A stretch of 60,837 bases of DNA, filler included, from Stramenopiles sp. TOSAG23-6 (Eukaryota): assembly GCA_900128565.1 (NCBI GenBank). It is 3 parts of 3 records of this genome, joined end to end, with 100 filler letters (N's around TTAATTAATTAA, not from the genome) between each part and the next. Parts side by side here need not be neighbours in the genome. Positions count along the whole stretch, not along the records: positions 1 to 20,485 come from LT636037.1; 2 more parts are not named here. One strand, 5' to 3'. Every line of letters starts with the position of its first letter. Position 1 is the first letter of the stretch. The translations under genes and the position numbers were made by a program. Of the stretch, positions 1 to 14,600 are shown in pieces. Below the pieces are notes generated by a model. The model did not search any database, had not been told where the DNA came from, and worked only from the letters and a program-made list of their open reading frames with translations.

Positions 1-53
1 AAAATTTCGTATGAAAAAAATAAATAAATTAGAAATTCATGATGAAAACGTAC
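1..53 (-). mobile_element. Introner-like intron, 5' part (fumarase)
   Basis: AGA CAT|GTACGTTTTCATCATGAATTTC...TTCATACGAAATTTT; interrupts the RLPRH-G motif; contig ends inside it. Confidence 0.85.
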
Positions 54-1100
54 ATGTCTTGGAAGTCTCACAACTCGGACATCATGACAAAAATATTTTC
101 CACCAAACTGGGCACCAATTCCCATCTGTTGAGTCAATTCATGCACACGAGACTCTAATTCCAAATCACGAAATGCACGACCACTCTCACTTCCAGTAGT
201 AGGTAAATTGTCTAAATATTTGATCGATGCCATTTTTACAGTTTTTAACGTAAGTTCAGCTGACAACCCTCCAATTACAATGGCTAAATGATAAGGTGGA
301 CATGCTGCTGTACCTAATGTTTTAATTTTTTCTTCAAGAAATTTCATCATCGAATCGGGATTGAGCAAAGCCTTTGTCTGCTGAAAAAGAAAAGTTTTGT
401 TTGCAGAACCACCACCTTTTGCGATAAATCCAAAATTATATTCCGAGCCTGGGACAGCATAGGTATCAATTTGTGCAGGAAGATTGCATCCCGTATTTTT
501 CTCGTCGTACATTGATAAAGGTGCAACTTGGCTATAACGTAAATTTGTTTCCGTATAGGTATCAAAAACTCCATGAGACAAAGCAGCTTCGTCATCAAAA
601 CCAGTGATGATATTATGACCACGTTTTCCAAAAACAATTCCCGTTCCCGTGTCTTGACAACCTGGTAATATAAAACCAGATGCAATGCATGCATTTTTTA
701 ATAACTCAAGAGCTACAAACTTGTCATTCGAAGTAGCCTCTGAATCATCTAAAATATTGCGAAGTTGCTGCAAGTGAGCCGGTCGAAGAAGATGTGCAAT
801 ATCACGCATAGCTGTAGAAGAAAGCAAACGCAAAGCTTCATATTCTATTTTGAGAAATTTCTCGCCATTTAAAATCAATGGAGTCACAAAGTCAGATGTG
901 AGCTTCCGATATGGCGTTGTTGAGGGTGCTGCCTTCTGAAATAGCGGTGAGTAATCAAATACTGGTACATTAGCACTTTTTGGTTGTGGAACTGCGTGAC
1001 GTCCATCGGAAGACTTCCTGGCTGAAAAAGAACGACTAGACTGAGATCTAGAACACAATTTTAATTGCCTAGAATAGCGCAAACAACTCCGTGGAAACAT
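54..1100 (-). CDS. Class I (Fe-S) fumarate hydratase, 5' exon (349 codons; gene continues off the window)
   Basis: Manual translation from ATG 1100 gives an R/S-rich presequence, then [61 protein letters not shown]. Missing from the ORF track because no stop is reached before the window edge. Confidence 0.95.
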
Positions 1101-1402
1101 TATTGTGGGTATTCTGTAGAAATAATGTTCTTCCGTACCCCTCGAAAAACACTATCCGAAAATAATCCAATGGCCAGAGGTACTACGCGAGTTGATTGTT
1201 TGTTTGACCGCAACCAGTTTTGAAACTTCGAATCGTATATTATACTAGGGTTAGGGATATACAGTATCATTGAAATGTAATAAAGATATTTCTATTTATT
1301 TTCTTTTTTATTCTGATGTTGTGAATTTGTGTTTGATGTTTCTATAAGCAGTCCATACAATGTCATGTGTTTTTCTTTTCTGAAAGAAATCAATTTTGTG
1401 TG

Positions 1403-2356
1403 TTATGCAAAATCTTTTATTGTTTCAAGTGGAATTCTTCTCACTTCAAATGGAACAGTCAGGAATTGTTCATCTACTTTTTGTTCTTTTTTTTGTTCTT
1501 TATGATTTCTTTTATTTCTAGGTTTTATTGAAAATGATACAGTATTTTTAGCCAAATCAATGACAGCTGAATGTCTCCATAACGCGTTCAATCCAATAAT
1601 AAAAGGAGAACATAGATTATGATCTACTATGAACAATGATATTGGAATAACCTTCAATTCACTCTGAGTTATACTAGGAAAGCTCAAGTTGGCTTTGTGT
1701 ACTTGACCAATTATTTCTGCACTCCCCATCCCATTACATTTTCCAGTAACTGATTTATCTATTATATCTGTCAAGAAACAATGTTTAGCACATTCTGAAG
1801 ACATCATGCACATCTCGGCCCCAGTATCAATTAGACCTTGGATGTGTCTTCCATTTATTGAACATGAAACATAAAGAGATGGCCTAGTTAAAGCGCTGCT
1901 ACCAAGAGATTGAATACGGCTGGCGTGTCTTTGTTTTAATATTGTATTCTCTGATTCATGTGATGCAATAATTTTATCAGCAGCTGTAACGGCGTCTCTT
2001 ATACCACTTGTTGCATCTTCCTCTTTTATGGAAGAGTGTGTAGCCTTTATTATTCTTGCTTCTTCTAATTGATTGCGATTCTTGGCTTCAGTTTTCATTT
2101 TTTCTGAAAACAATTCCGTAAGCGGTGCAACCGTATCAGCAAGGATAGCATTTGCCATTTGAGGGTCTGCATCCAGAAGATAAGCTAGTATTTCAGGTTG
2201 CGAAATTACCTGTCTCTGAAGCTCTCCAAGATCTAATAATAAAAAGTCCGGAAACACTAGTTTACCGTCTTCTAAATGAACTTGTGATAGCTTTTCGGGC
2301 GGATCAGGAGAAAATACAAGTGTGTTGACAGGTGTAGCAGACTGGCTTCTTTTCAT
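1403..2356 (-). CDS. DDI1-like retroviral-type aspartic protease
   Basis: LYVSCSINGRHIQGLIDTGAEMCMMS...GMGSAEIIGQVH...IIGLNALWRHSAVIDL matches the DDI1 RVP domain; no recognisable UBL or UBA domain. Confidence 0.8.
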   Translation of the reverse strand: MKRSQSATPVNTLVFSPDPPEKLSQVHLEDGKLVFPDFLLLDLGELQRQVISQPEILAYLLDADPQMANAILADTVAPLTELFSEKMKTEAKNRNQLEEARIIKATHSSIKEEDATSGIRDAVTAADKIIASHESENTILKQRHASRIQSLGSSALTRPSLYVSCSINGRHIQGLIDTGAEMCMMSSECAKHCFLTDIIDKSVTGKCNGMGSAEIIGQVHKANLSFPSITQSELKVIPISLFIVDHNLCSPFIIGLNALWRHSAVIDLAKNTVSFSIKPRNKRNHKEQKKEQKVDEQFLTVPFEVRRIPLETIKDFA

Positions 2357-2673
2357 TCTTCAATATAATATGAAGAATTAAAGTAATCTTTAGTACTGTA
2401 CACAACTAGTTAGGACAGCTGTATACCTACAGTATAAGTATAACTGTAGGCTAGCTGTTATACAGTATAGTAGTAGTGTGATGTTGAACATCAACATCAG
2501 TTTTTGTTTTTCTAACGGCTAAGTTCTCAAACGCAAAAATAAACGCGCTCAAACCGACAAACGAATTTCGGAATTTCTGTGCATTTTTGTAGAATATATA
2601 TTATATACATTTGAAAAAAAACATGCAAAAAGAATAAACATAACATTTTAAAATTTATTCAATAAAGAAGAAG

Positions 2674-5600
2674 TTATCCTTCTGAATCCATTAGCATTAC
2701 TACGCTAGCTAAAGTCCATTTTCCCGCAGGTAGTTTGGATCTTAAATTTGCTGTAAATACATAAGATGAACCACGATTTTTAGTTCTATATACAGGACAG
2801 TGGTACATGTTTCCTTTGCTTTCAATTGCAGATTTAAGTCCTGCTTTTAAATTAATGACTGGAAGTTCGCAAAACATTTCCTTTGGTTTAGATGAGGCAA
2901 GTGATGCAGCACTCTGATCCCATCTTGCACCTTGAAGAACCAGTCCAAATACATACGCGCCATCTCTTGATACTTTTGAAATATCGGCAGGTTGGCGCTT
3001 CATAATAATGGTATCAATTCCAAGCTTATCAAGTTCTCTGTGAGATTTTTTAGCAGAACGCTGGAGAATAGCAGTTAGGAAAGATTGTGGTGAAAATAAA
3101 CCCGGTAACCAAGTAACAGGGGGAAGTTCTAAATTCGAATCAACTATTTTATGCAATATTTCAATGCGCTTGTTCAGATCAACAATCCAGCCTGTCAGAG
3201 ATCTGAGAGATGCATATGCTAATACTTTCCATCGATTAGGCACGTCATTATTGTACAAATCTTCAATCATTTTGTCCATTGTAGAAGTCATTGTCAATTC
3301 TCCATTGAATGCCATTTCTAAAGATACAAGCGACTGTACTATTTCAGTGACGAGATTTTCAGCACGTACACATTCTTGAAAGAAAACTTGTGAAAAGGGG
3401 GAAATTTCTTTTGCTTTCTTTTTACCAGATTTTCCGATTGGGTTTACAAGGCTACGTAGATCCTCAATAGGAAATAAAGGTAAACTATCACGGTATATAT
3501 CTAGTATATCTTGCATTGTGCTCTCTGCAATGTATAATTTTGATATATTACTGTCATCACTACTAGAATTATCAATATTATCTTCTCCAACATTTGCATT
3601 TGGACTTTTCTTAGTTTCTTTTGGTCTGAGATCCAAAATACGTTTAAATAAATTTTCACATTGGGTTGTACGGAAGCCAATGGCTGCATTTGAGTGCAAT
3701 CCAAATGCGTATGGAGTTTCAGCAGGAATTGATTCAATGTGGTTTAAATAGTTGGCATATGTAGTTGGTCTAGGAGCTTTAAACGAAAGTGTTGCTAATT
3801 CTTCCTTACTCAAATAAGGTACTAATTCTAATTCATCAAGACATTTTGGTTGTATGAAGTATAGCAAATATGTGTTGCACAACTTTCTATCGAACTCATT
3901 GACTATATGTCCACCATACATAATCTCTCCAAATATATACCGAAGGTCTCTCCAGGGCAACTTATTCGCCCCGGCTTCCATGTAATGACGTAACATGGAC
4001 ACTGATGCGTGTAGATCTGAACTGGAGAAAGGATATTTCATATTAAATCCTTGTTTACCAAATTTCTTTCTTTCGACTAAAACTGCGTGAAAATAACACA
4101 AACTAAAGAGAATACCTCGTGTGGCATTATCCATATTATCAAGATCTTCTTTGCTAAACCCTCTAAAAGAACGACTAAGATTTGCTTTTAGACCCGAAGG
4201 AGGCTCATTTGATAGCTTAATCGAACGACAAAGTAAAGCCACAGGAATTGATTCAGATTGATCAGATGAAAGAAATAATCGAAAATCATTACTACTGCCA
4301 AATTTCGTTGCATCTACACTGCCATTAGAAGATTTTGTAATACTGTCACTATCAATGGTATTATCATTATCTACTGTTTCACTCGTTTCAGAAAGTGTTG
4401 CAGATTTTTGGGACATCTCTAACAATTTTTTTTCCAGTTTTTCTAGCCAACTTGGCATTAGATGAATATTATTAAGTAAAACCCAGTGACCTGATGCAAT
4501 TGCGTCGTCTAATTTGCGAATTGCACTTTTACCTTGACCTTGACCCAAAGATATATTAAAATACGTTTTCCCTGGAATTCTACCTTTAGTACCTGCAAAT
4601 CGATCAATCGCATTAACTATATCAACTCCAGGTGATAAGATGAAGAACATTGGTGTAATTGGAGTAGTGTAATTAAATGTTTCAGCGAGTATATCATCTG
4701 GACTTAGTTCAGCATCCGCTGAAGTATACTTCTCTGCACTAGGTAAAAACTCCATAATTAGATCAGTTATCGCTGATTGAATTCGATCAGGTCGAAGACA
4801 TCTTAGAACCAATAGTTTTTGAAATAATTTACCGTCTAATGATCGCCAACGCGATGGTAGTTTTTCCCGTTCGGGTGATATTTTATTGTACCATTCTTTA
4901 AACCGAGTAGAGTTTTCTTCCATGTCATTCCGTAAACCTTCAAAAGTTGACATCTTAGAAAGTTCTTCAATTGAGTTGAGTGCAGATTCTGGTAACCATT
5001 GTGACAATGCTTCGCTCGCCTCGTTTTCCTCATCTTTACTGCGAGGACAATTTATGAGAAAACGAAGACCCTCGGCAGAAAAACCACAGTCCGTACCAAT
5101 AATCCCAGCATTTAATAACTGAATAAAGAGTAATGTAAGAAATGTAAATTGATCTCTTTGGAAGAGGCCACGATTGATCCAATTAAAGATAATAAGGCGT
5201 ACATTTTCCCGAATATCCAGAACTCGCTCAGCTTTCTCTTCTTCGTCTAGTTCGTTTAGTTGAAGTCCCTCAGGTAGTGGCACAGTATTAATAGCATGAA
5301 AGAAGAATACCATGAATGAATTCAGAGAATAACGGTACATATGATTGACTCGATGCAATCGCGAAATAAGAAAGAACAAACTTGATCCTTCATTTGCAAC
5401 AATACGGTAGACTTCTCGTGCATTGTTTATACCCGCCTCTGTCTTTTTGCCCTCTTGTAATGCATCTTCTACTTCAACAGCAGTTGCCTTGGTCTCCTCT
5501 AGTCCTTCAATTAGACTTACATCACTAAGAATATCACTCGGTGCATTGGATAACCTTTCTAATAGATCATTCTCCAATGCTAACAGCTTAATTTTATATT

Positions 5601-8600
5601 TTGTGAATTTCTTGTGAAGTATTTCTTTTTGTTCTTCTAAATGTGGCTCTTCTTGTCTTACTACAGCAGCCATGAGTTGTTCTTCGAGGCCTTCACTAGT
5701 GACAATGCAATTAATTACTGTACATTGTGCAGTAACCTCGGGCTGGAAATGAGGATTAGATCGTTTAGTCTGCAAATACAAACGAAAGTCTTTATCATAC
5801 AATACATTATCAGATGAAGTTTCTCCCATGCTGATGTATAAATTGCGACCTTTACGATAAAAGCTTCTTTGCAGTACAGGAGTCATAGCTAAATCTATTT
5901 GATCCTCGACACCCTCAATGATGACAGTTGTACCATTGCTGATACAAGTAGTAAGCTTACTCAACCAACGTTTCTGTGTGAATTGAAGTAATACATGTGT
6001 ACCTCTATTCTTCAACCACGAAATCCCTTGCATTTGTGGATCAATGAGCAGCGGCCACCTCTGGCAATTAGTAATGATTGCACCATTTTGAAGACTCATT
6101 TGATCCGCTTTGAGTCCCTGTTGTGACCACTCAGCACGCACTGCTGCGGTTGATAAAATATTCACTGGAGAAATATTTTCTGTCAATGGAATATCCCTTG
6201 ACAATAAATCAGGCAACCATTTCTGTTTCAAAAGAATTTCTCTGAACGGACCATCAAATGCACCAATATACGATACAAAGGCTGCTCCTAATATACAATC
6301 ACCAACCAGAGATAATGCCGACTGCTTCAAATTCTCAACATCTTTACTCCATCGATCTTTCTCATCGGATAAACCCGATGTAAGCCTAGTGGCGAGTGAA
6401 AGGCGGTCTTTACATCGTTTAGCAGCTGATTCAACTTCCGCTTTATTCAGTGTCGCCCTTAGAAACAAATCTTTTAGTTTCTCAAGTTTGAGATTTACAT
6501 CACTTACTTGATTTTTTGCCATATTTAGATCGCGGTCTGCTTTGCGCTTCTTTTCCTGTGCAGATTTCAGTTCATTCATTAGAGGCTTTACGTTTTTATA
6601 TATTTCATGAAATTTTACAATATTAACAACCCAGTTACATAAGTTTGCAGCCGCTTCTGATTTCTTCTTCATCTTTCCTGGTGTAAAATCTTGATGAGAC
6701 ACAATAGGCATTAACTTATTAAGTATAACTTGAGGAATACTATCGCCAGAGAATGCTTCAAGCTGTTTTTTGAATTTATCAACTTTGGCCATCATTTTCT
6801 TGGCCTTGTCCCAAGTCAGATCTTTTGTCTGTTGTGTTAACAACATCATAACTGCATTAGTAACTTGATCGACGCCTTCCGGGGGAGTTGCTAAAGACTT
6901 TAACTCTACCAACATTGGTTTCGAAAGACAATACACTGCCTTTTTGGCTGCATCCATTGCTGGTTTTGCTGCAGCAAGTTCTACAATAGATTTATTTTCA
7001 ATTTCACCTGCACGCCTCGCTTGCTCAGCAGCAACTGTTTTTATTGTGTCCATACTAGCTAATAATTCTGTTGCCTCATTTTTTTGTTGGCCCATATCTG
7101 TGAGTAAGACCTCAACTTTTTCCCGTTTTTCAGTGACAATATCCATATTCTTTCTCAGATCTTCGCGAAGAATTCTAACATTTTTTTCTGTTTCGGCTAA
7201 AGTATTTAACCCCACTGCTAATCTATGTTCTTGTGAACGAAGATTTTCACCTTTATCTGTGAGCAAAGCCGTGTAACTTTTTATTAATTCTAGAAAAGAA
7301 GATGGAGTAACATAGTTGTGACGACGTTGTTGGGTATAATAGACTTCACACATATCAGACACGGATAAGTGAACAGTGGCCATGTGATGTGCCATGTTTT
7401 CTCTCATATCACGAACTCGCATTTTTGCTTCTTCGCTCTTCGCATCTTTTTCTCCAAAATCAATTCGCTTCAAGAAAGAATTAGCGACACTAACAAGTGC
7501 ATTAGAAGACCATGGGTGAAACCAATCCATTGTTGTGCAACTGATTATACCCGGAAATTGTCGAGCCCTAGTGCGGAACTTTGGCCCCATTGGTGAAAAC
7601 CCGAGTACGACGTGAAGATTTGATCTTACTCTAGTAATGAAAAAGTTCAATAGAGACGGCCACGTATCTTTTACCATTGCAGCCTTCGCTGCTGGTCTTA
7701 AATTTGAGAATAAATCCTCCAACTCTTCCTTTGAAAACAAACCAGGAAAGTATCCCGAAGTTAGTATTCCATTTATAAGTACGAGAAATTTTTCGTCTGT
7801 TATTTGGCTATCAGTTATCAAAAAGACCAATGGCACAGCTGGTTTGATTGCTGCTTTGAAGTATATTTTTTTCAAATATTCTCGAAGATCAGCTTCTCCA
7901 AATTGAGCCGATTGACTTAATTGAAAAATTTTGTAACCACAAATAAAAGCTGACAATTTACAAAGAGATTGCTTTCCAGATCCACCAACACCTACAAGTA
8001 ATGCATTTCCGCGCGGTCTGCTTAGAATACGACAAATGCGAGTTATGTGTTCAGCAGCTTGTTGGAATAACACAATATCCATAATATTATTACGATCATT
8101 ATAATTACTCAATAGTTTCTTCAGCGAACTATCAAGTTCAATCCAGCCTGATTTACCAGATGAAATCGGTGCATACAACATCTTTTCCTTACTGCCTTGT
8201 TTTTTAATGAAAGATGTGAAAATAAGTGGTTCTGCTTGCAGGATTTCTTGATTCATTTCATCAAATTTTTGCCGTGTGTGCTCAACGAGTAAGAGATAAA
8301 ACTGTTTTGTATCATATTCATCAATCATACGATCAGAAAATACTCGGTAGCATTCGTGGAGATATAAACGCACAAAAGATGCTGGTGAAGATATATGTTT
8401 CGGTGTTGCCAGACACAACCCTTCTACAACGGATGAAATTTCTCTCATTGAAAAGTTATAATGAAATTTTACAGCAGAAGCTAAGAATCGAACTTGAACA
8501 CTTTTGACCAGCTTGAAGAGTGCACCCAAAATTACATTACCCATAGATCGAACGTCATTGTTTACATTATTCTCTGTCAGGGATATATCCAAAATTTGGC

Positions 8601-11600
8601 CATAAATCGACATCAAATCTGACTCTGCCGGCAACTCTGTCGCAATAATAGCAAAATGCCTTTGGAGTCTTGGGTTAACAAAGAATGACCCTGCTTTCGG
8701 ATTCATACCACACATAAACTGAATATTGACAATATTCTTTTTAAGTTTTAAATCATCTCTATCATACCAAGATTGATAATCCATCCACTGTCTTAGTAGG
8801 GCACAAGGTGTTTGTGTACCATACTTTTCAACTTGAGGCATATTGAGATCATCAATAAAGTATAACATTTGTTTCGAAGCTGGGGGTCCATACGTGCTGC
8901 CAGATCTTTTATCTAATTTTGATTCGAGAGTTCGCTGCAACGATAGTGAAGTTGTATAAAAGTTTAAATTTACCACAGAGGATATCATTGTATCAGATTT
9001 CAAACTTTCTAGATACTGTTTAGCAATAGTAGTCTTTCCAGTTCCAGATACACCAGCGAGCATTACGGGCTTTTGGCTACTACCTACAAGTAAAGAGAGT
9101 AAGTAGTTCAATCTACAATTGTCAACTGTTGGAACAACAATTTCACTGAATATTTCATCATTCAAATCACCAGATGGTGAAAAGTCAGGAACCTCACTTT
9201 TCCACTCACATACATTTGGAATATTATTTTCAACTTTGAAGAAAAAATCAAATATTGTTTCTGCACCTTGTCGTAGTTTGAATTTTGTGATTTTGTATTC
9301 ACTAAATGTCTCAAGCCAAAGTTCAGAAAATTTGAGCCTTTGATCAACCCCTTTATCTATTACAAGATTTCCACCAAATCCCCACATACAAGCAAATAAA
9401 AACATGCTTTCGAGTACATCCTTATTTATCATATCAAATGGATATGTTGCGAATAGTGCATCTAGAATGGAGCATAGTGTAGTGACCATATTAAGTTCTG
9501 AGAGGGCAACACATGGCTTCAGTTTGTTATCTTTTATCATCTTTAAGATTGGTAAAATATATCGATCACAGAGAATAGTTAAGTATTCCTTGTCATCATC
9601 GCATTTGAGTGAACTAATCCATCTTTCCATAAAAGGTAACCAACCAACGTCCTCCGCATTAATGTATAATATTCCTACTCTAGAAACCGTAGCTGGTGTT
9701 GCATTATTCATGTTTTCCGTTTCCAATATCAGTCGCATCGATGACGTGACAGGAATTCGTTCATTTGATACTAGTGTAAGTACTTTATTGTCATCCATTA
9801 CTGTATTCATTGATTCAATCCACAATGCATCAATGTCGCCATCTAGAATTACCCATTTATTACGTATGCTTTTTGAGGAATATGGTGTCTTACTCTTGGA
9901 CATATTTCGTATCACATTAGATAAAGCGCCATCCTCCCAATCTCCCGTGCGTGAAATATACCCATACAATTCATGTGATTGTACCGCTTTTGGATTAATC
10001 GTTTCGTATACACAATGCCGCACGTTTTTCTTTTTATTGTGTCCAAAAGCTGATGACACAGATACATCTACCTTTTTGTCGTCTTCATCAGAAGTAGCAT
10101 TAGGGTTGGGGTTTTTGTCGTCTTCATCAGAAGTAGCATGGCCAGCTAATCGGTCCAATATCTTAGCATATTTTTCTTGGTTAAAACAATGAGCCAAACA
10201 CTTCCATATTTCCGTTTTTCCTGACCCCGGTGGGCCCATAACTACAACAGAATGTCTAACTTTAAGTAACTCGTCTAATTGTCCAACTTTATCGAAGAAC
10301 TCAGGATCGGGGGTCAAACCTGTCTCATCACAACATTGTTGCACAGCTCGCATTAGTTCTGGATTTTCTTTTGCACTAGCATCTACCCGCGGGAAAATGT
10401 CGCTAACCAATCTTCTGAATATTGCAACGTCACAATTAGGTATTTTTGCGATATTGAAGTCACGCAAAGCTCTCATTAAGATGACATCTTCAGATACCTC
10501 ATTTTCCGCTTCGCGTTTTAATCGCCCAGCTACCTGTAAAATACATTTCACGGCTCGGAGGCCCCAATCATAATGATGCTGCTTAGATAAAAGCTGTTCT
10601 GCAAGATTATATAATGTCACAAATTTGATTGATAACTCTCTAGCTTTCTGGAAACCTTCAGCCATTAGCATATTTTCACAAATCGGAGCAAGATCTGGGC
10701 GAATCATAGCACATGATCGAAAATGAGTTTTTACATTCTCAGGTAGTTCTGTCCTTCCTTCGTAGCCTGGATTCATCGTTATAAAAAAACCAACAGTTGG
10801 AACGAGTTTTACTCGAGTTCCATCCGTAAAATCAAATCTACCAATTACAACAGGCGGGCGACCTTCGGGTACATTTGCATATGCCTGTTCTCTTGCTTTT
10901 GGGTTTGATAATAGTCTTATTGCATTTAGCACACATTGAATTTGTGTGGCCACTACAGAAAGAACCTCTATTGGGATTCTATTAAACTCATCAAAACAAC
11001 CCCAAGCACCACATTGACTAAGCCCTTTAAATATACCTCCTATCGATATGTAACTCATTTGATCAGAGCAATTAAATACCATACATGGTAAACCTAATGC
11101 TCTTGCTAAGTCTTTCGTAGTCTCAGTCTTTCCTGTACCAGCTGGACCTGCCGGAGCACCTCCAAGTGTAAGTTGTAGGGCCATAGTTAGCGTAATATAA
11201 CATCGATCAGTCAATGGAGTAATGACTAATCTACTACAATTGCCAATGTATTCAAAAAAGTAAAGTGTTTCATAGTCACATAAATTACATGTTACTTGTC
11301 GAGATTCCATACGGCAATAAATTCGCAATTGAGATTGCCAAAGAAAATCATTTGCGTTTTCAGGTTTATAATCACATATCTTTTGGATAATATCTCTATT
11401 GTGAACGTCTTGTGTGATTAAAGCAACAATCTTTGTTCTACTTTGAAGACTTAAATCACCTAAAACTAGTTTTATCAATGCTTGAAGTCTAGAATTACAA
11501 ATTTCTAAATAATTCGTTGCAGAATCATCTTGGCCAGCTTCTAATTCATCGAGCACAGATTCCGTTTCCATAGTCCAATATACTTGCGCCGCAAGTAGCA

Positions 11601-14600
11601 CAATTTGAGCAGGAAATTTAAATAGCCAGTCTTGTCTAGACATATCTACATCCCAAGAAGCTGCTTTTTCGTGAGATTTCATAAGCACATCTTTTAAAGT
11701 TATTTTACTCAAATCATCAAGACTTTTTAACCACGATTCTGGGGCACCGCTAAGCTTTAAAGAACGTTGTAGTTCTATTGTTTCGCGATCTTCTGGATCG
11801 CCATTAGATGATGCACCAAGTATTGCAGTTGCTACATACGACCGTGGTAGTCGTGCTAGTTCTTCTTCCATTTTTTTATTTTTTTCTCTTATTTCTTCTT
11901 CTCTGCGCTCCTCTGCTTCTTTTTCTTCAAGTAATGCCCTCTTTGTTTTTTTAGCCACTGGAACAACAGGCATACCTCTCTTTGCATTCATTTCTAATGT
12001 ACGTGCTGCTGCTGCAGCTTCTACTTCTGCCGCAAGAGCCGCCTCTTTTTCTTCAAAACCTGGTGGGCGTTCAATAGTAATATCCAGTAAAAGCCCAGCG
12101 ATACCCGTGAAACAAGCAGGTAGATGTTCAGCGACTCTCGAGGGATCGGATGCATTAGATAGAATTTCAAGGAGAACATCATTTGATAAGAAATAAAATC
12201 GTGGAAATTTGTTTTTTTTCACATCAAGATAATCTTCAAGTGCTTTTTCACACCCCTCAAGTTTTGCTAGCATGTCCTTTATAATTTGACACCTCCCTTC
12301 AACACGACAAGCTTGTACAATATTCGGCTCAGCTTTCCCATCTTCGCATAAAATTTTGAACTTTTTATCAATACTTTCAAATATGCTTGTCTGTTCAGGT
12401 AGTTGAGTTTGAATGTCGCCTGATGAAGTGAAGATAGGCTGAAGTGAAATCCACTTCATAGACAACTGATTCCATAGAATCATTGTAGTTGCTACATCAG
12501 CAAATACGTGTTGCCAATGCTCGATTTCTCCGCGGAAAAAGTCTGCATAACGACCCATACTAATCATACCTTGGAGTTGCATTTGATGTTCTTCTAAACA
12601 CTCTATTTGCTCAGTGGTTACATTTAGTGTAAAAACATTTGAACCTTTGTACTTTACAAACTCTAATTCTGCGACTTCCCATACTTGTTCGATATTCAGT
12701 AATTCGGAATCGATATTTTGTTCTTTTTTCGCGAGGTCGACAATTTCACAAACATCGTCAGATCGGCGATGTAATTCTAATTCCAATGCCTCAGAAAGTG
12801 TGTTCACCTTATTGCCGACTCTTCCAGTGACGGCGAAAAGACTTTGCCAATGTCGGTCCTGCATGGCATTAGTCTGTAAATCTTCAATTAGTGGCATTAA
12901 TTTTTCGAACTCATGAAGCTTCATGGAAACTTGTTTAAATACTTTCCAATCATTAACGTGTTTTGGTAGACCTTTTAGTTGTTCTTGTATGAAACTAACA
13001 ATATCAATAACTTCAGATGAATCTATATTTTCCCATCGAAGCACCGACCAGTTTGATGCAAAACATTTTACCATTTCAGAGATATCCCAACATTGTTTGA
13101 GTAAGCCAATATCCGTACGGCTTTGCTCCAACGCTGCAAAGGATGACACAGGAAGTTCGAATAAGTCAGCAAGCTCTAGCAATTCTTCAGATTGTTCTTC
13201 AAGTTCTAATATGTGTGTATGGTATGCATGTATGGTTTCATATGCGGTTTGTGCGGTACAAGTATCCGCACTTTCATCAAAGGGAGCTTTTTTGTACATT
13301 TCATTATTAAAATCATCTAATTGTGAAGAAAATATTTTCATTTTTCTCTCTAACTCGTCAGAAGCTCTATTTTGAATAGGTTGTATGATTTCTCTACGCT
13401 TATACATTGCATTGACAGTGTCATCCCACTCATGGGGAACTATCGTTAAGTACTCTTCTACCGGCATTGGTGGCCGCATTTCAGGCATACCATTTTCCCC
13501 TCTACTGGTAATACTTTCATCACAAAAATTTACACCATGTTTACTCAACAGTTCAACACAGTTTCGTAGTGGTTCAAACATTCTAGAGGTTTCTGCCATA
13601 GATCGCCTCACATTTCGAATATGTCTCATTGTGGCAACCAGTAACGGTTCATCGTCATCTGGTACATCTATGGCAAGTCCTCGGTGTGAACGCACCATAA
13701 AATCGCACATTGACTGAAGTTTGGTTAAAACGTAATCGTACAAATACGATGTGTAGTTCATGATCCATTTTGCAATAAATGTTGCCAATGCTTGCTTGAT
13801 TGGTTGTGCATTGACACGGAGGAAGTATACATCTCTCCGATCTTCTAGTTTTTCAATTTCTGAAGCTTTTGCTCGAAGCCCAATGATTCTTTCGTCGAAT
13901 TGTTCAAGATCAAGTAGTTTCATTACCAACTTTTCAGTATTTTTCGGTGTCGATATACTTTGAACATTTTCTGTATTCTGCAAAACTTCAAGGTTATTAA
14001 TGTCATTACTTTTATTAGGAGCTTCTTGGGGGTTATTGGAGTCATCAATTGTATCAGAATTATCGTCACTATCGCTGGCTTTATCATCTTCTTCAAATGC
14101 ACTTTTTTTCTTTTTCAAATATACTATATGTTCTTTAGTAGCAGATTTCAAAAACTCATTAAATAAATGTATTGAATCTGTCTCCCATAAATATTGATAC
14201 TTCTGAAATTTATCACGAAAATGATAACATTTGACTCGCGCCTGTTCAACACTATCAGAAATATCACAAATAAGATGCCTGATTCCCGGGTCTTGTGACA
14301 TTCCCTTAATAAACGAAGCATTTTCAACAGAACTGTCTAATCTTTTCACACGTTTCCCAATGACAAGGAACCCTTCTACCCATTCTAATACAATGTTTAG
14401 TATACCATTCCTTTCTTTATTACTATGGATACTTGGTAGAAAAGCAATATCATCACCGTATAGATCCATTTCTATTTCAAGTAGAGGATATTTTTCTTGG
14501 CTCAAGAGTTGTTGCGATGAAAGTTGATCCGATAAGTATTTCAGTGACACTGTAGCTAGCTTACACAAGCCAGAATAAACCACTGCATTGATAAAATCAA

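Noticed and set aside
1403-2356. Aspartic protease as part of an LTR retrotransposon or as the element's mobiliser
   Set aside because: Motifs fit cellular DDI1; no gag, RT, integrase or LTRs nearby. No transposase was recognised anywhere in the window.
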